Below, piece by piece: positions 18,491-26,367 of a DNA stretch of 64,000 bases. Each line of letters opens with the position of its first letter. The stretch's first letter is position 1. The position numbers and the translations under genes are program-made. The DNA is taken from positions 2,303-66,302 of the forward strand of contig JBFMEB010000005.1 in NCBI GenBank assembly GCA_040753675.1, written 5' to 3'. Below the pieces are notes generated by a model that was not told the origin of the DNA, made no database searches, and was given only the letters and a program-made list of their open reading frames with translations. The stretch is from Candidatus Omnitrophota bacterium (lineage in GTDB: Bacteria > Omnitrophota > Gorgyraeia > JAHJTE01).

Positions 18491-19513
18491 ATGAATATCT
18501 TAATTTACGGTGCCGGTGCAATTGGATGTCACATTGCGTATTGTATGTATGTAACACGACATACTCCATATCTTATTGCGAGAGGGCAGCATTATGAGCA
18601 AATGAAAAAATATGGCATGCACATCAAGATATGTGATAATGAAATATTAAAGGATGAAAAATTTATCAAGGAAGATTCTAGGTTTTATATTGTAAACGAT
18701 GTGAACAAAGTAAAAGATACCAAAATGGACTATATTTTCATAACCGTCAAATTGAACGATTACAATGACAAAACACTCCAGGATCTATATCCATTTATGG
18801 GGAAAGACACAGCTGTTATTCCTCCTTGCACAGAACTTCCTTTCTGGTGGTTTTATGATCTTAATGGAAAATCTAATGAGAAATACAAAGATATTGATTT
18901 CAACCCAGAGGTAAGTAGGTATTTCATTAGAGAGAATATTATCGGCATGACCATGTGGCTATCCTCTGTTATAGAGAGTCCGGGCCACGTATGCGTTAAA
19001 CATGTCCAGAGAGGCTATCCATTGAAAGAACTATATCCGAATATGAAAGAGCGCGCAGAAAAGCTGAGAAGTATTTTTCAGATAACCTGTATGTCACCCG
19101 TTGTGGATAATATCAGAAGCGAAATCTTCATTAAATCCATAAATGCATTTGCTTTTAACTTAGTTGCTTTAGATAGGGAATGCGATAATGTACAATTAAG
19201 TCATGACAAATATGGCCAAGATTGTATCCGAAAGATTATGATAGAAGGCGAGCAGATCCTTCGAATCCTAAATATCCCAGTTATCCAAGAAATTGAGGAT
19301 AGAATTACTCAGACTTTATCCAGTACGAAACATACGATGAGTATGCTTCATGACTACAGGATGGGTAAGCAGATTGAATTAAGTGCTCTGTGGCAGAGCT
19401 TCGATAGTTTTTGCAAGATCTTGGGAATAAATATGGGATATTCTAGAGATATGTATGAAAAGGTAATGGCGAAGATTAGTGCGAAAAAACACGCAACAGT
19501 GTTAAAGAGATGA
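18491..19513 (+). CDS. Ketopantoate reductase (ApbA/PanE) family NAD(P)-dependent 2-ketoacid/hydroxyacid reductase-like protein
   Basis: MNILIYGAGAIGCHIA Rossmann typical of the ApbA family. 340 aa with a C-terminal helical domain. Confidence 0.6.
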   Translation: MNILIYGAGAIGCHIAYCMYVTRHTPYLIARGQHYEQMKKYGMHIKICDNEILKDEKFIKEDSRFYIVNDVNKVKDTKMDYIFITVKLNDYNDKTLQDLYPFMGKDTAVIPPCTELPFWWFYDLNGKSNEKYKDIDFNPEVSRYFIRENIIGMTMWLSSVIESPGHVCVKHVQRGYPLKELYPNMKERAEKLRSIFQITCMSPVVDNIRSEIFIKSINAFAFNLVALDRECDNVQLSHDKYGQDCIRKIMIEGEQILRILNIPVIQEIEDRITQTLSSTKHTMSMLHDYRMGKQIELSALWQSFDSFCKILGINMGYSRDMYEKVMAKISAKKHATVLKR

Positions 19514-19530
19514 ACTTTTGGTAAGGTAAA

Positions 19531-21111
19531 ATGGATATCATTCATTATCTTATTAATAATGTAGAGCGGTTTGCGGATAAAACTGCCATCATTTTTGCTG
19601 ATACCTTCTTATCTTACTCTGAATTTGCTGAAAAAACGCGCAGGCTAGCCGGCACCTTGAGCACAATAGGTGTCAGGAAAGGAACTCACATAGGCCTGCT
19701 TCTAAATAATTCTGTAGAGTTCGCAATAACCATGTTTGCTGCTGCTGATTTGGGCGCAACCATAGTGCCCATGGTTACTACTTTGGGTGATAACGATCTA
19801 CTTACAGCGATAAATTTCACCGATGTCGATTTTATTATTGGGTGGCATACCACCCTAAAGGATGTGTTCTATAGATTGCAGGGTAATTTTCCGCTTTCGC
19901 GTCAACATTGCATTTCTGTTGGCGCAGAGATTGACGGATGTAGGGCATTTAGCGAGATGTTGAACGCTCAGCTGCCAGCTTATGAATTGGGACGTAGGAT
20001 GATTGATGAGGAGACGGATTTTATTCTGACCATGACTTCAGGATCGACCAGTGCTCCTAAGCCTATAGTTTTTACACAAGGCACAAAAATCCGAAGGAGC
20101 TTGGGAGCGCAGGAACTATATAATATCACCGATAACGATGTCACGCTTGTTGGTACTCCTATGTACCATTCCCTTGCTCAACGGCTTGTTTTAATGCCGA
20201 TTATTACCGGAGGAACTTGTGTAATTATGCAGAAATTCACTCCTAATAATTGGCTCACCCACGTCAATAAGCATAAGGTTACTTTCAGCATTGCAGTTTC
20301 CTCCCAATTGGAAATGATATTGCAGGATTTAAAGGAGACAGAGGCTGATTTAAGCTCTTTGCGGTGTATTGTTTCCTGCTGTGCATTGTTAAAAAATGAC
20401 ATTAAATCGCGTTTAATCAAGGAATTAAAATGCCATTTTCACGAGTGTTACGGTACTTCTGAAGTTGGAGTTGTATCTAATCTGGCTCCCGAAGACTCGT
20501 CTAAGAAACTGTCTAGTGTCGGCAAGGCAGCTCCTGGTGTCGAGCTCAAGATCGTTGACGCAAAAGGAAAGCCAGTTGTCAGAGGGGAGATTGGCGAGAT
20601 TACCTGCAAAACGCCAATGCGCTTTTCCCGTTACTACAAGAATGAACAAGCTACCCAAGAGAGTATGGTAGATGGTTTCTTTTGCACTGGGGATATGGGA
20701 TATTTAGATGAGGACAATTACCTTGTTTTTTCTGGCCGCAAGAAAGAGATCATAATCACCGGTGGCATCAATGTCTATCCAACGGATGTTGAAGCTGTCT
20801 TGAATGAGCATCCAAAGGTCAAAGAGTGTGCGGTGATCGGGGTTGAAGATAGAAGGTTCGGGGAAGCCGTCCTGGCGCTGATCATTCCCAGAGAAGGCGA
20901 ACCACTCACCAGCCGCGAACTGCAACGTCACTGCATGTATCGCTTGGCCGACTTTCAGCAACCAATGAGTTACGAGTTTGTTAAAACACTTCCCAGAAAC
21001 GAATTAGGAAAACCTCTCAAACGCAAACTTAAAGAGCAGTTTCAAGGTTATGATGTAAGTGCGGCAGTAAGAAGAATAATGAGTAAGCCTAAGGAAAAAT
21101 ATGGAGAATAA
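19531..21111 (+). CDS. AMP-dependent synthetase/ligase (acyl-AMP / acyl-CoA or acyl-ACP ligase, ANL superfamily)
   Basis: AMP-binding core TSGSTSAPKP, YGTSE and a GDMGYLDEDNYLVFSGRKKE hinge, with a catalytic K in LGKPLKRKL. 526 aa. Confidence 0.85.
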   Translation: MDIIHYLINNVERFADKTAIIFADTFLSYSEFAEKTRRLAGTLSTIGVRKGTHIGLLLNNSVEFAITMFAAADLGATIVPMVTTLGDNDLLTAINFTDVDFIIGWHTTLKDVFYRLQGNFPLSRQHCISVGAEIDGCRAFSEMLNAQLPAYELGRRMIDEETDFILTMTSGSTSAPKPIVFTQGTKIRRSLGAQELYNITDNDVTLVGTPMYHSLAQRLVLMPIITGGTCVIMQKFTPNNWLTHVNKHKVTFSIAVSSQLEMILQDLKETEADLSSLRCIVSCCALLKNDIKSRLIKELKCHFHECYGTSEVGVVSNLAPEDSSKKLSSVGKAAPGVELKIVDAKGKPVVRGEIGEITCKTPMRFSRYYKNEQATQESMVDGFFCTGDMGYLDEDNYLVFSGRKKEIIITGGINVYPTDVEAVLNEHPKVKECAVIGVEDRRFGEAVLALIIPREGEPLTSRELQRHCMYRLADFQQPMSYEFVKTLPRNELGKPLKRKLKEQFQGYDVSAAVRRIMSKPKEKYGE

Positions 21112-22147
21112 AGAACATCATATAGTCATCTCTGTAATTATCCCTATGTACAACATTCAACGCTATATAACTACGTCTTTAAATAGATTAAAATCTCAAA
21201 CCCTATCTCAATATCTTTTTGAGGTAGTTTTGGTTGACGACTCCTCAACAGACGATACTTTTATTATTGCAAAAAGTTTTAGGGGAATAAGAAATTTAAC
21301 AGTAGATAAACTTAAAAAAAACTCAGGGCCGGGCATTGCCAGAAATAGGGGAATTGAGTTAGCAAAAGGAGACTATATACTTTTTCTTGATGGCGATGAT
21401 TATCTTTTAGAGTCTTCTTTAGAAAAGATATTTACCATAATCAATAACCATGACATCGATGTAGTCACTTTTAATTGGACGTATTACAAAGATTTAATAG
21501 AGCAGAATCCAATACCCAGAAGAAGAGATTTAGATGATATGCCTATGGATAGATTTTATTTAACAAAACACTATTTAGGAATGAATATGGATGGCTCTGT
21601 GATTTATACTTTAGTAAAGAAATCTGTATTAGTTAAGAATAACATCAAATTCCCAGCAGGTTTTCATGAAGACATGTCAATTATTTTTCAAATATATTAT
21701 TCTGCCAGAAACATATTAAAGCTAAATGAGATTATCTATATAAAAAGAGATAGGCCTGACTCAATTAATCACACTTTTAGCAAAAAGCATGTCTATGACT
21801 ATCTCAGTGCCTGGCCAAAAATAATGGATTTTTTAATAAAAAAAGAAGGCAGTAGTGCCAAGCATAAATATAGGCAAGACTACTTAAGAGGCATATCAGG
21901 ATTAGTGGCTACGTTGATTAGGAAAAATTTAAATATAAATTCTAAAAATTTTAATAAAAGATTAGAATTATATAAATGTATAGTAAAAAGCTTAAAAGCC
22001 AATAAATATTTAGCCGATATTAAAATGCTTCCCAACATAACAAAAAAAGACAAAATTACGCAACTATTTTTGAGATCAATGTTAGCAAAAGATCTTCCAA
22101 TTGAAAAAAAAGTAGAGTTTTTTGAGGAATGCGGTCTTAACAAATAA
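21101..22147 (+). CDS. Glycosyltransferase family 2
   Basis: ISVIIPMYNIQRY..., DDSSTD and FLDGDD (DxD) motifs. Confidence 0.85.
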   Translation: MENKEHHIVISVIIPMYNIQRYITTSLNRLKSQTLSQYLFEVVLVDDSSTDDTFIIAKSFRGIRNLTVDKLKKNSGPGIARNRGIELAKGDYILFLDGDDYLLESSLEKIFTIINNHDIDVVTFNWTYYKDLIEQNPIPRRRDLDDMPMDRFYLTKHYLGMNMDGSVIYTLVKKSVLVKNNIKFPAGFHEDMSIIFQIYYSARNILKLNEIIYIKRDRPDSINHTFSKKHVYDYLSAWPKIMDFLIKKEGSSAKHKYRQDYLRGISGLVATLIRKNLNINSKNFNKRLELYKCIVKSLKANKYLADIKMLPNITKKDKITQLFLRSMLAKDLPIEKKVEFFEECGLNK

Positions 22148-22204
22148 ATTGAACTTAATGGATCTGGTCATCCATATGAAACGGCCAAGAGGGAAGGATT
22201 TATT

Positions 22205-23464
22205 ATGAAAAAGAGTTGGAGCTGCAGTGGTTTACACTACTCAATCTTTGCCGCTCCTGATGTTTTAAGGCATTGTTGTAAAAGATTTTTTGTAAATGGC
22301 CAAATGAGAGGGGATGTAGAGATATTTAAGGTTTTTTCTAACTCGGATATAAGCACTAAAAAAATTTTAGAGCATAAGCAAAAACTATATGAAGATATCA
22401 ATAGCGGCAAAGAAACTCCTTGTAGTAGTTGCCCTTGGATAAAATACGATGATTGGGAGCCGTTTAATAAACTTAAAATAAAGCATCTATCTATAGAAAA
22501 TCACACTGTATGCAATCTAAGATGTACCTACTGCAATGAGACATATTACGGAGGTAAAAAATCTAACTATGATATTATGCATTTATATAAGGAGTTAAAA
22601 TTAAAAGATGCTTTTGATGAAAATATTTCTCTGGTGTGGGGTGGAGGCGAACCGCTTTTATTAAATTCTTTTTATGAAATTTTTTCAACATTAACTCAAG
22701 AGCTTGCCCCATCTCGTAATAACATCTTTACAAATGCCATTATATACAGTGATAGTGTTGCAAAGTATCTAAAAGAGGGCAAAGTTACCATTACAACAAG
22801 TATTGATGCAGGATTTAGGAGTACCTACAATAAAATTAGAGGCTCTGATAAATTAATTACAGTACTGCAAAACTTAAAAAAGTATTATCAATGTGATAAA
22901 GATGGAATTACTGTTAAATATTTACTACTACAAGAAAATAGCAATGAAGATGAAGTTTTAGCTTTTGTAGATAAAATAAAAGAATATGGGCTTAGTGGAT
23001 GTACTTTTCAAATAAGCACGAACTATAAAACCGAACGAATTGATGAAAAAATAGCCAGAACATCAATTTTTCTTTTTAATGAGTTAAAAAAATGTGGTAC
23101 TAAACTCATAAATTTCGATGATCATTTAAGGCCAAGGCTTAATTCAATGAGAGATAGTTTGAATATAAAGAGTAGTTACTCAGATAAAGACGTCATAATC
23201 TGGGGGGCGGGTGATTATGCAGAAATGATGTTAAAAGAGAGCAGCTTCTTTAATAATAGAAATATTAGATGCTTCGTAGATAGTAGTAGACAAAAGCATG
23301 GTAAAAAGTTTGGGCCTTACGAGATAAAGCCACCTAAAGCTGTTTTAGAGAATGAAGATACCTACATATTTATAGCCTCGACAAGCTATTACAGGCAAAT
23401 ATATAGCCAAATCTTAGATATGGGGGTTTCACCAAAAAGAATTATTGACGATGTTGTTATCTAA
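22205..23464 (+). CDS. Radical SAM enzyme (non-B12) with N-terminal Cys-rich segment and C-terminal NeuD/PglD-N-like Rossmann domain
   Basis: CNLRCTYCNE (CxxxCxxC), GGGEPLL glycine-rich SAM motif, N-terminal CSGLH...HCCKRFF...CSSCPW, and a C-terminal IIWGAGDYAEMML...RCFVDSSRQKHGKKFGPYEI...YIFIAS resembling the C-terminus of the regulator at 8642. Confidence 0.78.
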   Translation: MKKSWSCSGLHYSIFAAPDVLRHCCKRFFVNGQMRGDVEIFKVFSNSDISTKKILEHKQKLYEDINSGKETPCSSCPWIKYDDWEPFNKLKIKHLSIENHTVCNLRCTYCNETYYGGKKSNYDIMHLYKELKLKDAFDENISLVWGGGEPLLLNSFYEIFSTLTQELAPSRNNIFTNAIIYSDSVAKYLKEGKVTITTSIDAGFRSTYNKIRGSDKLITVLQNLKKYYQCDKDGITVKYLLLQENSNEDEVLAFVDKIKEYGLSGCTFQISTNYKTERIDEKIARTSIFLFNELKKCGTKLINFDDHLRPRLNSMRDSLNIKSSYSDKDVIIWGAGDYAEMMLKESSFFNNRNIRCFVDSSRQKHGKKFGPYEIKPPKAVLENEDTYIFIASTSYYRQIYSQILDMGVSPKRIIDDVVI

Positions 23465-24961
23465 TAAACATTTTTTAATTATAACTCCTTTGAGGACGGC
23501 TTCGTTGCCATTGGAACCTGCCTTGGGTCCTCTAAGCCTTTATTCATTTGCGGTAAAAAATGGTTTTGATGGTGACTTGCTGGATTTTAACACGATAATT
23601 AGCGAAGAGAATATTCGAGACTACGACGATATTGTAAATACTTCACTCCAGCAATGGCTCAATTCTCATCCAGAGGCAAAAATCGTTGGCATAACTGTAC
23701 TCTTTTCTGGGGTTTTTAGAAGAGCACTTAAAATTGCGAAAGTTGTAAAGAAGATACGCAGTGATGTTTCTGTGGTGATCGGCGGCAACCACCCATCTAT
23801 ATTTCCTAAAGAAATAATAGAAAACTGTCCAGAAATAGACTATGTAGTTATTGGGGAAGGTGAAGAACAATTTTTGAATCTGCTCAAGTTGCACTCACAA
23901 GGGTCTGTTTCTAAAGCCAATCTTGATATAGACAATGGCATTGCCTATAGGTCTGACGGTAAAGTTGTCGTAAAAGAGAAAATACGCTATATATACGATT
24001 TGGGCTCACTAGGTATAACAAATTATGTTCAAGTTAACTTTGCAAAATATCATACTCCAGATATGGATACATGGTATAACCCAAAGAAGCACGACATCAT
24101 ATGCGCAATGCCCATAACTACATCTAGAGCATGTCCCTATAGTTGCAGCTTTTGCAGTATGTATAGAGTAATGGGACGCAAATTTCGTTCCAGACCTGTT
24201 GAGGTTGTGCTGGAAGAATTGAAAATTTTGTATTATGAGCACAATATTAGATATTTTAGAATCATGGATGACTGTTCTACTTTTGACAAGAAAAATTCGA
24301 TGAAGCTGTTTCTTGAGATTGCTAAGAGTGATATGGATTTGTCTTTCGAATTTTATAACGGTTTAAGCATCAGAACACTCGACAATGAACTGATCGATAT
24401 CCTTGTGGAAAATGGCTTAGTGCGAGGAAGTCTACCCATTGAAAGCGGCTCGGAATTTCTTAGAAATAAGATTATGAATAAAAATCTTCCTGAAGATAAA
24501 ATTTATGAAGTATATAAATATTTTGAAAAAAACATCCCCACATATGGCTTATTGGATTTTTTTTGATAGGTCTTCCTGAAGAAACTGTTGAGACATTAGA
24601 GGATACTATTAACATGATCAAAAACTTAAAGACTATTTATCCTATTTTTAATATCCTTGTTCCTTTTCCAGGAACAAGGCTTTGGGAACAGTGCGTTAGA
24701 GATAACTTGCTGCTGATGGATATTAAAGATGTCTGGAAATACCCTTTTTGGGCACATCCGACCACTATTGACAGAGCAGAGAAAGATAGAGGCGAATGGT
24801 GCTCTGAAACTTTTGTCAAAAATGAGCAGGCTTTCCTAATCCAGCCTTACAACCTGAGTTTAGAGCAGCTTGCGTATTATTACAAAAAGCTACTCAATCT
24901 AAGAGCTGAATCATGGCAAAGAATTGAGCAACGGAAGCAACTTCAAGCCAAAATTCGTTGA
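23445..24961 (+). pseudogene. B12-binding radical SAM enzyme interrupted by a frameshift in a T8 homopolymer (two ORFs, 23445-24566 and 24563-24961)
   Basis: The first ORF has a B12-binding domain plus the rSAM motif ITTSRACPYSCSFC and ends LLDFF* inside tttttttt (24557-24564). The second ORF continues with IGLPEETVETLEDTINMIK, the FMIGLPxET region conserved in class-B rSAMs. A +1 T would fuse them as ...LLDFFLIGLPEE. Confidence 0.75.
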
Positions 24962-24972
24962 GAGGTAATGTT

Positions 24973-26085
24973 ATGATTAATAATCCACTACAACTCGCGT
25001 TTATCGGAGGAGGGATAGGCTCTATCGCCGGAACGCCACATTTTGCTGCTGCTTCCATGGATGCTAGATTTAAACTGATCGCCGGAGCGTTTAGCTTAGA
25101 TACGCAAACAAACCTTCAATCGGCTGCAAGATGGGGGATAAAACGATACTATGATTCCTGGCGGGATTTGATTAAAAAAGAAAAAAATAATATCGACGCT
25201 GTCGTTATTCTGACCCCTACTCCGATTCATTCTGATATGATATGTGCTTTATTGGAGCAAAACACCCCCATCATCAGTGAAAAAGCAGTTGTCCAGACAA
25301 TGGAGGAGATTCAAAAACTAAAAAAAATCTATAATCCCAAGGATCACTTTTTGACTGTAATATACAACTATAGCGGCTATCCGCTTATCAGGGAATTAAA
25401 ACAGAGGATTTCCAATGGTGAGCTTGGTAAAATTATCAATATTCGCTTGGAAATGCCCCAAGAGTCTTTTCTAAGGTCCCCCGTCAGCACAAAATACCCT
25501 CAAGATTGGAGACTGCAAGACAAATATATCCCGACAATCTGTCTTGATTTAGGTGTGCATTTACACCAATTGGCTTTCTTTTTAACAGAGATGGAACCCT
25601 GTTCACTTTTTTCAACAATGAAAAACTTTTCAAAGTATTCCGTTATAGACGATGTTGAAATACAACTAAAATACGATAATGGAGCTTCAGGAAATTTTTG
25701 GATGAGCAAGACAGCCATTGGTCACAGAAATGGACTTAGAGTACGTATTTATGGAAAAAAAGCATCAGCACAGTGGTATCAGGCCGAACCAGAAACTATG
25801 GTTTTAAGTTATGTCAATGGAGAAAAAAAGATAATTGAACGCGGCGGCGATAATTTTATTTGCAATAAAAAAAGATACAATAGGATGGTTCCTGGTCATC
25901 CGGCTGGATTTATCGAAGCCTTTGCAAATATATATAGTGATATCGCTGATGCTCTTACAGCGTTTAAAAATAAGAAAAATTATAAAAATCAATATGTTTT
26001 CGATCTCGAGCTGGCAGAAAGAGGATTAAATCTCTTTCACAGAGCCAGAGAATCACATGAACAGAAATGCTGGCTATCGATCTAA
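24973..26085 (+). CDS. Gfo/Idh/MocA family oxidoreductase
   Basis: LQLAFIGGGIGSIAGTPHF Rossmann. The ATG at 24973 is preceded by AGAGG, while the ORF-track start at 24958 is a TTG. Confidence 0.8.
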   Translation: MINNPLQLAFIGGGIGSIAGTPHFAAASMDARFKLIAGAFSLDTQTNLQSAARWGIKRYYDSWRDLIKKEKNNIDAVVILTPTPIHSDMICALLEQNTPIISEKAVVQTMEEIQKLKKIYNPKDHFLTVIYNYSGYPLIRELKQRISNGELGKIINIRLEMPQESFLRSPVSTKYPQDWRLQDKYIPTICLDLGVHLHQLAFFLTEMEPCSLFSTMKNFSKYSVIDDVEIQLKYDNGASGNFWMSKTAIGHRNGLRVRIYGKKASAQWYQAEPETMVLSYVNGEKKIIERGGDNFICNKKRYNRMVPGHPAGFIEAFANIYSDIADALTAFKNKKNYKNQYVFDLELAERGLNLFHRARESHEQKCWLSI

Positions 26086-26100
26086 AATGGGGGAAATATC

Positions 26101-26367
26101 ATGAACCCGCTGGAGGAAAGGATATACATATTCATAGTGGATTATCTAAGCAATATTTCGTCTATACCGTATCAAGATAAAAAAAGTATATTACAATACA
26201 GGTATTTGGATGTTGGGCATATTGATTCATTTGGCATTATAAACTTTATTATTACTCTGGAGGATAAGTTTGGTATTTCCTTGACAGCGCAAGATACAGA
26301 GTCGGATGAATTCAGAAGCATCGCAGGTCTCATAAAAACCATTACCAAAAAGCTTGAGAAAAGATGA
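26101..26367 (+). CDS. Acyl carrier protein-like (phosphopantetheine attachment Ser in GHIDSFGIINF)
   Basis: 88 aa, acidic with a four-helix pattern and a DSxx(I/L) motif. Sits next to an acyltransferase-like gene, with the AMP-ligase upstream. Confidence 0.65.
   Translation: MNPLEERIYIFIVDYLSNISSIPYQDKKSILQYRYLDVGHIDSFGIINFIITLEDKFGISLTAQDTESDEFRSIAGLIKTITKKLEKR

Noticed and set aside
26101-26367. Alternative reading of the 88-aa ORF as a random small protein rather than an ACP
   Set aside because: Kept as ACP-like because of the acidic helical profile and the DSFG serine context next to acyltransferase and ligase genes. Confidence is held at 0.65 because the canonical DSL motif is only approximate.
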